Assembly: GCA_015064965.1 (NCBI GenBank)
Contig: SVRG01000001.1
Coordinates: 24,448-88,447 of the forward strand
Direction of reading: 5' to 3'
DNA from: Oscillospiraceae bacterium
Lineage (GTDB): Bacteria > Bacillota > Clostridia > Oscillospirales > CAG-272
DNA length: 64,000 bases
A program made the translations under genes and the position numbers. Shown one piece after another: positions 47,426 through 56,847 of the stretch. Below the pieces are notes generated by a model that did not search any database, was not told the DNA's origin, and was given only the letters and a program-made list of their open reading frames with translations. The first letter of the stretch is position 1. Each line of letters opens with the position of its first letter.

Positions 47426-48628
47426 TTATTTTGTGAAAATGAATGTGGTGTTATCTCTTAAAATTGCCAAAACTTTATTGTATGTTACAGAAAACTTTAC
47501 TGAGTTCTGGAAAAGTTCCTTTGACATGCCCATGGCTTCAACAAGCTCGTCCTCGCTTGAGTAGTCATAGTAAACAAGATAGTTTGCAATTTCGGTTGCG
47601 AGGTCCTCGGGCGTAACTGTGATGCCCTCTTTTGCGGCGATGGCATAGATCACCATTTCCTGTGCTACCATGTTTTGCGCACTTTGTCTTACGTTCTTTT
47701 CGTATTCGGCAAACTCAATGCCGTAGCCCATTGAAACATATTCCTCAAAGGACACGCCGTACATCTCGGCATACTCCTTTTCGGAGCTTATCTGCTGATT
47801 TACATAGTCCTCGATAAGTCCTTCGGGATAGCCGCTGATTTTTGACGATGCGGTAATAACCTCAAGCACTGCCTTGTTCTTTTGCTCAAGGAGGGAGTAC
47901 GCATAGTCGCTCTTGAAATACTCCTCAAACTGCTTGACTGTGGTCATTCCGTATTCGGCAAAGTTGTCTTCAACAAATTTATCGTTGTATTCGGGGAGAA
48001 CGCTTGGAGAAATGGAATTGAGTGTTATCTTGAACTGAACGGTCTTGCCGTTGAGGTTTTCAACGCCGTAGTCTTCAGGAAAGGTTGCATCAATGGTTTT
48101 GGTTTCGCCAACGCTCATGCCAACGATGCCGTCCTCAAAGCCGGGAATGTAGCCGCCGTTGCCAAGTACAAGAGTCTGTCCCTGTGCGGTGCCGCCCTCA
48201 AAAGCAACGCCGTCAAGAGTGCCCTCATAGTCAATGTTTACAGAGTCGGTGAGGATTGCCGCACGGTTTGTGATGGGGTCACCAACGACGGAGTACTGTG
48301 AGCGATAGTAGAAAATTATCTCTGCAAGCTCCTCTGCAGAAAGCTCCTCGGATGCAGCAAGCTCAACCTTGAGCGCGCTGTAGTCGCCGAGAGTGACATG
48401 CTGTAAAACATCGCTTGAAGCGTAGTCATAGCCATTGGGGTAATTTGCAACATATGCCTCTTCAGTAACCTCACCGGTCACCTCTGCGGTGGTCTCAGCT
48501 GTGGTTTCCACAGTAGTTTCCACGGTAGTTTCCACAGTGGTCTCAGCGGTAGTCTCGCTGACATTTCCGCATCCGACAAATGCAAGCGAAATGGCAAGCA
48601 AAATGCCAAAAATCTTCAAATTCTTCAT
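47426..48628 (-). CDS. Lipoprotein, trigger-factor-like FKBP-type PPIase (paralog 2; Thr/Glu-rich N-terminal linker)
   Basis: Lipobox AFVGC, then (ETTV/ETTA)n, then DSVNIDYEGTLDGVAFEGGTAQGQTLVLGNGGYIPGFEDGIVGMSVGETKTIDATFPEDYG. Confidence 0.75.
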   Translation of the reverse strand: MKNLKIFGILLAISLAFVGCGNVSETTAETTVETTVETTVETTAETTAEVTGEVTEEAYVANYPNGYDYASSDVLQHVTLGDYSALKVELAASEELSAEELAEIIFYYRSQYSVVGDPITNRAAILTDSVNIDYEGTLDGVAFEGGTAQGQTLVLGNGGYIPGFEDGIVGMSVGETKTIDATFPEDYGVENLNGKTVQFKITLNSISPSVLPEYNDKFVEDNFAEYGMTTVKQFEEYFKSDYAYSLLEQKNKAVLEVITASSKISGYPEGLIEDYVNQQISSEKEYAEMYGVSFEEYVSMGYGIEFAEYEKNVRQSAQNMVAQEMVIYAIAAKEGITVTPEDLATEIANYLVYYDYSSEDELVEAMGMSKELFQNSVKFSVTYNKVLAILRDNTTFIFTK

Positions 48629-48640
48629 TATTTATACTCC

Positions 48641-50020
48641 TTACTCGGTTACTTCAACAAAATTTGCGTTTTGGATAACCTCTTCGATAACTTCCATATA
48701 AATCATAAGCTCTTTCAACTCGGATTTTGTATAGCCGACAGCTTCAAGAAGTTCATCCACGCTCGAAAGTCCGTATCCGCTTGCAAGCACAAGCATATCA
48801 TTTTCATATGCGGCATCGTCAAGCGGTATGCCCTTGTCGCGCGCTATCGAATAAAGCACAAGCTGCTGCTTTACCGAGTTTTTAGCAGCTTCATACAGAA
48901 TTTTTTCCGCTTCTTCAACGGGGATGCCATAGCCGTTGGTGAAAAGCTCCTCATAGGTCATGTTATACGATGCTGCGAGGTCCTTGTATGATTTCACCTG
49001 CTTCTGGAAGGCAATTTCAATCTGTTCTTCGGGATAAACAACAACGCTTGAGTTGGCAAGAACCTTTGTCCACGCTGCTTGCTCCTTTTCGGTGCTTTGC
49101 GCTTTACGTGCCTCATCTTCAAGCGAAGCGCGGACATCTGCACGGACTGCCGCTGCGCTGTCATAGCCAAAATACTCTTTTGCCATTTCATCAGTGAGCG
49201 CGGGGTAGATATAGTTGAGAGTTATCTCAAACTGTGCCGTCTTGCCCGCGAGGTCCTCGTAATAGTCATCGGGGAACACAACTGTTATCGGGAAAACGTC
49301 GCCGGGAATCATACCTGCAATTCCCTCTTCAAAGCCGGGGATAAATCTGCCCTCGCCAAGCACAAGAGCGGTGTTTTCGGCGCTGCCGCCTTCAAACTGT
49401 ACACCGTCCATTGTTCCAACAAAATCAATATTTATCTTGTCGCCCACAACGCATGCGCGGCTGTAAAGCATCGCCTCGGGGGGGAGCGTTTCGATAACAG
49501 AATTTATCTGCTGTTCAACTTCTTCATCGCTTATCGGCGCAGGAGCGTTTATAAACACCTCAATGCCGAGATATTTGCCAAGCAAAACATATTCTGTAAG
49601 GTCGGACTCTTCAAAAGAGAACACCTCGGGCGCCGGAGGAGCCGTAGTTTCCTCGGCAAGAGTGGTATCCGTCACCGTATCCGTTACCTCGACGGTGGTC
49701 ACCTCGGTTGTTGCCTCGGTTGTTGCCTCGGTTGTGGCAACGGTCGTTGCAACCGTAGTAACGGCAGGAACGGTTGTTGATTCGGTTGTGGTTATAATCT
49801 CTTTGGTAGTTTCAAAAGCCGTAATTTCTTCAGTTGTAACAACTGCTGAAGTTTCCTCGGCGGTTGTTTCTTCAACTGTAGTTTCTTCGGTTGTAACAGA
49901 TGCAGTTACAACCTCGGTGGTATCTGCGGTAGTGTTTTCGGCGGTGGATGAAACATCACCGCACGCGGCAAAAGCAAGCGCAACAAGCGTAAGCAGGAGT
50001 GCCGCAAGTGTTTTTTTCAT
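48641..50020 (-). CDS. Lipoprotein, trigger-factor-like FKBP-type PPIase (paralog 3; ~100-aa Thr/Glu/Val-rich linker)
   Basis: Start set at the ATG at 50020 (SD aggagg 7 nt upstream) rather than the GTG at 50026. Lipobox AFAAC. GDKINIDFVGTMDGVQFEGGSAENTALVLGEGRFIPGFEEGIAGMIPGDVFPITVVFPDDY. Confidence 0.75.
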   Translation of the reverse strand: MKKTLAALLLTLVALAFAACGDVSSTAENTTADTTEVVTASVTTEETTVEETTAEETSAVVTTEEITAFETTKEIITTTESTTVPAVTTVATTVATTEATTEATTEVTTVEVTDTVTDTTLAEETTAPPAPEVFSFEESDLTEYVLLGKYLGIEVFINAPAPISDEEVEQQINSVIETLPPEAMLYSRACVVGDKINIDFVGTMDGVQFEGGSAENTALVLGEGRFIPGFEEGIAGMIPGDVFPITVVFPDDYYEDLAGKTAQFEITLNYIYPALTDEMAKEYFGYDSAAAVRADVRASLEDEARKAQSTEKEQAAWTKVLANSSVVVYPEEQIEIAFQKQVKSYKDLAASYNMTYEELFTNGYGIPVEEAEKILYEAAKNSVKQQLVLYSIARDKGIPLDDAAYENDMLVLASGYGLSSVDELLEAVGYTKSELKELMIYMEVIEEVIQNANFVEVTE

Positions 50021-50144
50021 AAACACACCTCCTATATATGTATCTTAATTATTATACTACATAAAAAACCAAATGTAAATGAAATTTAAGTGAAAATTTG
50101 ATGTAACAGTAAATTATAGATTATCTTTTTATCTGTCATCCTGA

Positions 50145-50240
50145 ACGCAGTGAAGGATCTGCGAGCCGTAGGCTCGTCTTCGGGAGAAAAACCTTGATTG
50201 CATCAAGGTTTTCAGATTCTTCGCATTCGCTCAGAATGAC
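50145..50240 (-). repeat. TIR-bounded hairpin-rich intergenic repeat, copy 2 (inverted orientation)
   Basis: gtcatcctgaacgcagtgaaggatc...gattcttcgcattcgctcagaatgac. A left-side extension up to ~50279 abuts or overlaps the hslO stop codon. Confidence 0.85.
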
Positions 50241-50277
50241 ACGTGTAGGTACTTAGCATTGTACGCTAACCTATAAT

Positions 50278-51159
50278 TTACAGTCCCAGATCTTTTTTGG
50301 TAAAGGTAAATGCCTTGTTGCAGAAACGGCAGCATATCTCAAGCTCCTCCGCTTTGCCCTCGGCAACTTGCTCCTCAAACATTTCATTTAAATCTTTTGC
50401 GCCCACCGAAATAAGCGCGCGCTTCATGCGGTCGCGAGAGCAATCGCATTTATACTCAACATCAAGCACGTCAAATGGGTCATATTCAATGCCCGAAAGC
50501 GCGATTTCTGCAATTTCTTCAAGGGTTTTTCCCTCATCAAAAAGGCGCGAAACATTTGAAAGCTGCGCCGCGTTTTTCTCAAGCTTTGAAATCACCTCTT
50601 CATCTGCAAAAGGAAGCAGCTGAACAAGCACTCCGCCCGCTGCGCGAACGGTTGCATCCTTATCAACAAGCACTCCGAGTGCAAGCAATGTGGGAACCTG
50701 CTCGCTTTCCGCGTAGTATGCCGCGATATCCTCGGCAATTTCGCCAGTGCGAAGCTCCACCATGCCGATGTGCGGCTCTGCCTGTCCGCATTCGCGCACA
50801 ACGGTCATGCGTCCAAAGCCAACCGCGCCGCCAACATCAAGATGCCCGTTTGCCTTAATCGGGAGATGTGTTTCGGGGTTTTCTACATACGCTTTTACAT
50901 TGCCGTAGTAGTCGCCAACTGCAATAAGCTTGCCAATGGGACCCTCTCCGTTGATCTGCACGGTGGTAGTGTCCTGCACCTCGCCGTTCATTGAGCCCAT
51001 CATTGAAACCGCGGTGAGAAGTCTGCCGCCTGCCGCTGTTGCCGTGGGAGCTGTTGCATGAAGTTTGCGGAACTCTTCAACCATCGCTGTTGAATTTATT
51101 ACATGGATGCGTGCGCTGCCGTCGCGCGTCATCGCACGAAGTATCTGTGATTTAGCCAT
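50278..51159 (-). CDS. hslO: Redox-regulated chaperone Hsp33
   Basis: Start at MAKSQILRAMT (SD aaggag). C-terminal zinc centre CDCS...CRFC. The longer ORF-track form starts inside repeat copy 3. Confidence 0.9.
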   Translation of the reverse strand: MAKSQILRAMTRDGSARIHVINSTAMVEEFRKLHATAPTATAAGGRLLTAVSMMGSMNGEVQDTTTVQINGEGPIGKLIAVGDYYGNVKAYVENPETHLPIKANGHLDVGGAVGFGRMTVVRECGQAEPHIGMVELRTGEIAEDIAAYYAESEQVPTLLALGVLVDKDATVRAAGGVLVQLLPFADEEVISKLEKNAAQLSNVSRLFDEGKTLEEIAEIALSGIEYDPFDVLDVEYKCDCSRDRMKRALISVGAKDLNEMFEEQVAEGKAEELEICCRFCNKAFTFTKKDLGL

Positions 51160-51211
51160 ACTATTCTCCTTGAAAAAATTAATGTTTATGGGGATTGTTG
51201 AAATCCACCCT

Positions 51212-51307
51212 GTCATTCTGAGCGAATGCGAAGAATCTGCGAACCGCAGGTTCGTCTTAGAAAAACCGCGAGGCGGTTTTCGGATCCTTCACTGCGTTCA
51301 GGATGAC
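51212..51307 (+). repeat. TIR-bounded hairpin-rich intergenic repeat, copy 3 (arms in + orientation, core in the opposite order)
   Basis: gtcattctgagcgaatgcgaagaatc-[GC hairpin cgaacc/ggttcg]-[gaaaaaccgc/gcggttttc]-ggatccttcactgcgttcaggatgac. Confidence 0.85.
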
Positions 51308-51328
51308 GTATAAAAAACAAACATTAAT

Positions 51329-52087
51329 TTATTTCCTTTTCGCTGTAAAATAAAATCTCTCGGTATCCTTTTCCACAGGTGAGCCGTCGGTATCACCGTC
51401 TACACAAACGACCTCAAAACCGCATTTTTCAAGCAATTTTTCAACCTCGCGGAGGGTAAAGCAATACTCGCGCTCATAATCGTCAAAGCGAGAATATGTG
51501 CCGTCCTCGTTTTCAGTGAAAACACTTGTATAAAAGTCGCAGATGCGGCTTTCTTTATCATAAATGTTCTGCCAACCGCAGTAAATACCCTCATCTTCAA
51601 GCACATATGCGTTTGTGCCGTAAATATTTTTGAATTTATACGGCGAATTCAGGTCAAAAATAAAGAGTCCGCCGGGCTCAAGATAATTGTGAACAAGGTC
51701 AAAAACCTTTTTAAGGTCGGCTTTTGAGTCGAGGTGATTGAGACTGTCAAGGCAGCTGACAACCGCCTGAACAGTGCCGTAAAGCTCAAAAGAACACATA
51801 TCCTGACAAAGGAACAGTATGTTTTCTGCCCTGCCTGCCTCCTGCGCCTTTGCACGCGCAATTTCAAGCATGTCGGGAGAAAGGTCGATGCCCGTCATGT
51901 CATAGCCCCTTTTGTCAAGCTCCATGGTCATCGTACCAGTACCGCAGCAAAGGTCAAGCACAAGCGACACGTCTATATCCGAGTGCGTTTTTATTTTACC
52001 GTCTATGTAGTCCGCCCACGCACCGTAATCAAGGTCGGCGTTGAGTATATCATACACCTTTGAAAGGGCAAAATAGTTGTCGGTCAT
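51329..52087 (-). CDS. Class I SAM-dependent methyltransferase
   Basis: Start at the ATG at 52087 (SD ggaggtg 6 nt upstream). SAM motif VLDLCCGTG. Substrate unknown. Confidence 0.75.
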   Translation of the reverse strand: MTDNYFALSKVYDILNADLDYGAWADYIDGKIKTHSDIDVSLVLDLCCGTGTMTMELDKRGYDMTGIDLSPDMLEIARAKAQEAGRAENILFLCQDMCSFELYGTVQAVVSCLDSLNHLDSKADLKKVFDLVHNYLEPGGLFIFDLNSPYKFKNIYGTNAYVLEDEGIYCGWQNIYDKESRICDFYTSVFTENEDGTYSRFDDYEREYCFTLREVEKLLEKCGFEVVCVDGDTDGSPVEKDTERFYFTAKRK

Positions 52088-52257
52088 GTGTGCCACCTCC
52101 TATTCTTATTTATTCTAATATATTTACATTAAAAAGTAAACACTTTTTTATGCCAAAAAATTAACAAATTATGTTGATATTCTTAAAATAATGTGATATA
52201 TTAAAAGGTGGATAAATTTTGTTTATTACAAATTATATATAAAGGAGTGTACATCTA

Positions 52258-53454
52258 ATGTATAACAAGAAAACAATTGAAGATGTTGCCGTTGCAGGTA
52301 AGAAAGTCCTCGTTCGTTGCGACTTTAACGTACCGCTTAAGGAAGGCAAGATCACTTCCGACAAGAGAATCGTAGAGGCTCTCCCCACCATCAAGTATCT
52401 CCTTGGTCAGGGTGCAAAGGTTATCCTCTGCTCTCACATGGGTAAGCCCAAGGGCGAAGTTAACCCCAAGTACTCCCTTGCTCCCGTTGCTGCTCGCCTC
52501 ACCGAGCTTCTCGGTCAGACCGTTGAACTCGCAAACGATATCGTAGGCGAAGATGCAAAGGCAAAGGCTGCTGCCCTCAAAGAAGGTCAGGCAATGCTCC
52601 TCGAAAACGTTCGTTTCGACGCTCGCGAAGAAAAGAACGATCCCGAATTTGCTAAAGAACTCGCTTCTATGGCAGAAGTTTATGTAAATGACGCTTTCGG
52701 TACCGCTCACCGCGCACACGCAACCACCGCAGGTGTTGCTGACTACCTCCCTGCAGTTTGCGGCTACCTCATCCAGAAGGAAATCGGCATCATGGGCAAG
52801 GCTCTCGCTAACCCTGAGCGCCCCTTTGTTGCGATCCTCGGCGGTGCAAAGGTTAAGGATAAGCTCAATGTTATCAACAACCTCCTTACCAAGGTTGACA
52901 CCCTTATCATCGGCGGCGGTATGGCTTATACCTTCCTCGCAGCCAAGGGCTACGGCGTTGGTAAGTCCCTCCTCGATGAAGAAAAGATCGACTACTGCCG
53001 CGACATGATGAAGAAGGCTGAAGAAAACGGCGTTAAGCTCCTTCTCCCCGTTGATACCACCGTTGCAGCAGGCTTCCCCGACCCCATCGACGCTCCCGTT
53101 GACGTAGAGGTTGTTCCCTCCGATGCAATTCCTGCTGACAAGGAAGGCCTTGATATCGGTACCAAGACAATGGAACTCTATGCAGAGGCTGCTAAGAGCG
53201 CAAAGACCGTTGTTTGGAACGGTCCTATGGGCGTATTTGAAAACCCCACTCTCGCAAAGGGTACTATCTCTGTTGCAAAGGCTCTCGCTGAAAGCGACGC
53301 TATCACCATCGTAGGCGGCGGCGACAGCGCAGCAGCTTGCGAACAGCTCGGCTTTGCAAACGAAATCACTCACATTTCCACCGGCGGCGGCGCTTCCCTC
53401 GAATTCCTCGAAGGTCTTGTACTCCCCGGCATCGCATGCCTCCAGGACAAATAA
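52258..53454 (+). CDS. pgk: Phosphoglycerate kinase
   Basis: 398 aa, [29 protein letters not shown]. Confidence 0.97.
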   Translation: MYNKKTIEDVAVAGKKVLVRCDFNVPLKEGKITSDKRIVEALPTIKYLLGQGAKVILCSHMGKPKGEVNPKYSLAPVAARLTELLGQTVELANDIVGEDAKAKAAALKEGQAMLLENVRFDAREEKNDPEFAKELASMAEVYVNDAFGTAHRAHATTAGVADYLPAVCGYLIQKEIGIMGKALANPERPFVAILGGAKVKDKLNVINNLLTKVDTLIIGGGMAYTFLAAKGYGVGKSLLDEEKIDYCRDMMKKAEENGVKLLLPVDTTVAAGFPDPIDAPVDVEVVPSDAIPADKEGLDIGTKTMELYAEAAKSAKTVVWNGPMGVFENPTLAKGTISVAKALAESDAITIVGGGDSAAACEQLGFANEITHISTGGGASLEFLEGLVLPGIACLQDK

Positions 53455-53513
53455 GAAAAAATGCGGTTGGGCAGGGTAAAATCTGCCCTTCCTCAACGAA
53501 TTGAGGTTATATA

Positions 53514-54272
53514 ATGAGCAGAAGATATGTAATCGCGGGCAACTGGAAGATGAACCAGACCCCTGCACAGACTAAAGAATTTATCACAGCACTTGCACCC
53601 ATGGTACAAGGCTTGGACAACTGCGACATCGTGCTTTGCGTTCCTTTTGTAGACATCGCAACTGCGGTTGAAGCTGCAAAGGGCACAAACATTCACATCG
53701 GCGCGCAGAATGTTCACTTTGAAGAAAAGGGCGCATTCACCGGCGAAATCAGCGCAGATATGCTTAAAGAAATCGGCACCGAATATGTTGTTATCGGTCA
53801 CAGCGAGCGCCGCCAGTACTTCGGCGAAACCGACGAAACCGTTAACAAGCGCACCAAGGCTGCCCTCTCCCGCGGACTTAAGGTTCTCCTTTGCGTTGGC
53901 GAAATGCTTGATGCACGTCAGGCAGGCATCACCGACGAGCTTGTTGCTATGCAGGTTAAACTTGACCTCGCCGGCATCAGCAAGGATGACCTTAAAAATG
54001 TCATCATCGCGTACGAGCCCGTTTGGGCAATCGGCACCGGTCTCACTGCTACTCCCGAGCAGGCTGACGAAACCTGCGGCGTAATTCGCGCAACAGTTGC
54101 AAAGCTCTATGGCGAAGATGCTGCAAACGAAATCCTCATCCAGTACGGCGGAAGCATGAATGACAAAAACGCTGCCGACCTTCTCGCAAAAGAGAACATC
54201 GACGGCGGTCTTATCGGCGGCGCATCTCTCAAGACCGACGCGTTTACCGCAATTGTTACTGCCGCTCAATAA
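53514..54272 (+). CDS. tpiA: Triose-phosphate isomerase
   Basis: 252 aa, AGNWKMN, IGHSERR, AYEPVWAIGTG. Confidence 0.97.
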   Translation: MSRRYVIAGNWKMNQTPAQTKEFITALAPMVQGLDNCDIVLCVPFVDIATAVEAAKGTNIHIGAQNVHFEEKGAFTGEISADMLKEIGTEYVVIGHSERRQYFGETDETVNKRTKAALSRGLKVLLCVGEMLDARQAGITDELVAMQVKLDLAGISKDDLKNVIIAYEPVWAIGTGLTATPEQADETCGVIRATVAKLYGEDAANEILIQYGGSMNDKNAADLLAKENIDGGLIGGASLKTDAFTAIVTAAQ

Positions 54273-54289
54273 GGCGACTTTTTAAAACA

Positions 54290-54332
54290 AAAGCACCGAG
54301 GGTGCACCGCCACGGTGCATCTGCGGTGCTTT
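54290..54332 (+). terminator. Probable terminator of pgk-tpiA (nested hairpin)
   Basis: aaagcaccg...cggtgcttt enclosing tgcaccg-cca-cggtgca. The downstream T-tract is weak. Confidence 0.45.
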
Positions 54333-54381
54333 AATTATTGTTAAAATAATAACGACATAAAACGAAAGGATTTTACATATT

Positions 54382-55515
54382 ATGGCAGAATACGTATATC
54401 TTCCCATACCGCTTCTTGACGATTTTTGCATGACCGCTTTCAAGAAACTCGGCTTTAAGAAAAACGAATGCCGCATCATCACCGATGTACTTCTCATGAG
54501 CGACAAGTTCGGCATAGAGTCACACGGTATGCAGCGCCTTGTTCGCTATCACAAGGGTATTGAAAAAGGTCTTATCGACGTTAAGGCTAAGCCCGAAGTT
54601 GTTCATGACTGCAAGACAAGCGCAGTTATCGACGCACACGATTCCATGGGTCAGCTCGTTGGTCACAAGGCTATGGAATTGGCTATCAAAAAGGCAAAGA
54701 GATACGGCGTTGGTATCGTATCCGTAAAGAACTCCAACCACTTTGGTATTGCCGGCTACTATGCAAAGATGGCATCCGATGCAGGACTTCTCGGTATGGC
54801 ATTTACCAACTCCGAGGCTATCATGGTTCCCACATTTGGCAAGCTCGCAATGCTCGGCTCCAACCCCATTGCAATTGCTATGCCTGCAGAGCCATATGAT
54901 TTCTTCTTCGATGCTTCCACCACCGTTGTTACACGCGGCAAGCTTGAAATGTACAACAAGGCTGAAAAGCCCCTTCCCGAAGGCTGGGCACTCAACAAGG
55001 ACGGCAACGCTTCTACTGACGCTCCCGACGTGCTTTCAAACATCGTTGCAAAGAACGGCGGCGGTATCATGCCTCTCGGCGGCAACACCGAACAGCTCGG
55101 CTCTCACAAAGGCTACGGCTACGGCATGATTTGCGAGATCTTCTGCTCCATCCTCTCCATGGGTACAACTTCCAACTACACCATGCAGAATGGCAAGAGC
55201 GGTATCTGCCACGGCTTTATCGCTATTGACCCCAAGAACTTCGGCAATGCCGGCGCTATCAAGGAGCATCTCTCCTCCTACCTCCGCGACCTCCGCAACT
55301 CTCCCAAGGCAGACGGTCAGCCCCGTATCTACACTCACGGTGAAAAAGAGGTTGAAAACACAGCGCGCATCATGAAGGAAGGCGCTCCCGTAAACATCAA
55401 CACTCTCCGCGAGATGGTTGAGTTTGCAAACTTTGTTGGCATCAACCCCAAAAAGTATTTTGGCGAGCATGCTGACGCAGTTAAGACCGACAAGATGTTT
55501 GCAGGTAACTATTAA
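54382..55515 (+). CDS. Ldh2-family 2-hydroxyacid dehydrogenase (malate/L-lactate/sulfolactate/ureidoglycolate type)
   Basis: 377 aa, family blocks SHGMQRL, NSNHFGIAGYY, GSHKGYGYG. Substrate not inferable. Confidence 0.8.
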   Translation: MAEYVYLPIPLLDDFCMTAFKKLGFKKNECRIITDVLLMSDKFGIESHGMQRLVRYHKGIEKGLIDVKAKPEVVHDCKTSAVIDAHDSMGQLVGHKAMELAIKKAKRYGVGIVSVKNSNHFGIAGYYAKMASDAGLLGMAFTNSEAIMVPTFGKLAMLGSNPIAIAMPAEPYDFFFDASTTVVTRGKLEMYNKAEKPLPEGWALNKDGNASTDAPDVLSNIVAKNGGGIMPLGGNTEQLGSHKGYGYGMICEIFCSILSMGTTSNYTMQNGKSGICHGFIAIDPKNFGNAGAIKEHLSSYLRDLRNSPKADGQPRIYTHGEKEVENTARIMKEGAPVNINTLREMVEFANFVGINPKKYFGEHADAVKTDKMFAGNY

Positions 55516-55521
55516 TAGCAA

Positions 55522-55549
55522 AAAGGAACGCAAATGCGTTCCTTTTTTT
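55522..55549 (+). terminator. Rho-independent terminator
   Basis: aaaggaacgc-aaat-gcgttccttt + TTTT. Confidence 0.85.
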
Positions 55550-55650
55550 ACCCCTTCAATAATATAAATGATAGAATTTCAAAATTTGTATACATTTTTA
55601 TAGTATACATGTTATAATTATAATGTTAATACAAATTTCAGGAGGACAAT

Positions 55651-56847
55651 ATGAAAGTTTTAGTTTGCAACGTAGGTTCTACCTCTCTTAAGTTCAAACT
55701 CTACGAAATGCCCGAAAAAAAGGTTTATGCCACCGCAAAGGTTGAGCGCGTTGGCAGCGAAACCGAGGCTATTTATTCTTTTACCAACATCGCAACAGGC
55801 GAAAAGATTGAAAAAGACCACCTCTCTGTACCAAAGTACGCCGACGGTATCGCGCTTTTTCTCTCCGATTTGCTTGATGCAAAGCAGAACATCCTCTCCG
55901 ACATCAAAGAAATCAGCGCTGTAGGTTTCAAAACCGTACTTGCAAAGGGCTATCACGGCGTATTTGAGCTTGACGAAAAGGTGCTCGGCGCAATGAAGGA
56001 CTACCTCTTTATAGCTCCCGCTCACAACCGCCCCTACCTCGATGCTATCGGCGAATTCAAGGCAATGCTCCCCGATGCACTCCTCGTTGGCTCTTTTGAA
56101 ACTGCTTTCCACATGACTATTCCCATGGAGCGCCGCCTCTATGCCGTTCCCTACGAATGGTATGAAAAGTACGGCATCCAGCGCTTCGGCTTCCACGGTC
56201 ACTCCCATGAGTACACCGCACGCCACCTGCCCGAACTCACCGGCAAAACATCATTTAAGGCAGTTTCCTGCCACCTCGGCGGCTCCTCGTCCCTCTGCGC
56301 TATCAAGGACGGCAAGAGCGTTGACTGCTCCTTTGGATTTACTCCCCAAACAGGTCTTCCCCACGCGGCTCGCGTTGGCGATATCGACGCATACGTTGTA
56401 CCCTTCCTCATGAACGAGGGGCTTTCCATGGACGAGATCACCACCGGATTTGCAAAGCAGGGCGGTCTTCTCGGAATCTCCGGAGTTGACAGCGACCTTC
56501 GCTTTATCGAAGAGGCGGCAAACGGCGGCAACGAGCGCGCACGCCTTGCAATTGACATGCTTGTTGCATCCATCGTTAAGTACATCGGCTCATTCTATGC
56601 TGAAATGGGCGGTCTTGATTACATCACCTTTGCAGGCGGTATCGGCGAAAACTCAAAGACAGTTCGCCGTATGGTTTGCGAAAAGCTCGCTTGCTTTGGC
56701 GTAAAGCTTGACGAAGAAAAGAACCAGAGTGTCAAGGGCGAATGCGAAATCTCGGCGGCTGATTCCTCCGTTAAGATTTTCGTTGTTGCAACCGATGAAG
56801 AGCAGATGGTTGCAACCAAGACCTACGAATACAGCTTGAACAAATAA
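55651..56847 (+). CDS. Acetate/propionate/butyrate-kinase-family (ASKHA) kinase, divergent
   Basis: 398 aa. Family blocks are present but altered: NVGSTSLK, HNRP, GFHGHSHEY, CHLGGSSS, ARVGDID. No pta nearby. Confidence 0.75.
   Translation: MKVLVCNVGSTSLKFKLYEMPEKKVYATAKVERVGSETEAIYSFTNIATGEKIEKDHLSVPKYADGIALFLSDLLDAKQNILSDIKEISAVGFKTVLAKGYHGVFELDEKVLGAMKDYLFIAPAHNRPYLDAIGEFKAMLPDALLVGSFETAFHMTIPMERRLYAVPYEWYEKYGIQRFGFHGHSHEYTARHLPELTGKTSFKAVSCHLGGSSSLCAIKDGKSVDCSFGFTPQTGLPHAARVGDIDAYVVPFLMNEGLSMDEITTGFAKQGGLLGISGVDSDLRFIEEAANGGNERARLAIDMLVASIVKYIGSFYAEMGGLDYITFAGGIGENSKTVRRMVCEKLACFGVKLDEEKNQSVKGECEISAADSSVKIFVVATDEEQMVATKTYEYSLNK

Noticed and set aside
48461-48556. Short periodic 12-nt repeats that could superficially suggest a repeat array or CRISPR
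   Set aside because: They are in frame inside a lipoprotein gene and encode (ETTV/ETTA)n. There are no spacers and no cas genes, so this is a coding low-complexity linker.
51065-51313. 82-aa ORF ending ...VILSECEESANRRFVLEKPRGGFRILHCVQDDV
   Set aside because: It reads straight through repeat copy 3. The VILSE.../HCVQDD peptide is what the element arms translate to, and the equivalent frames differ in other copies. It is a spurious ORF.
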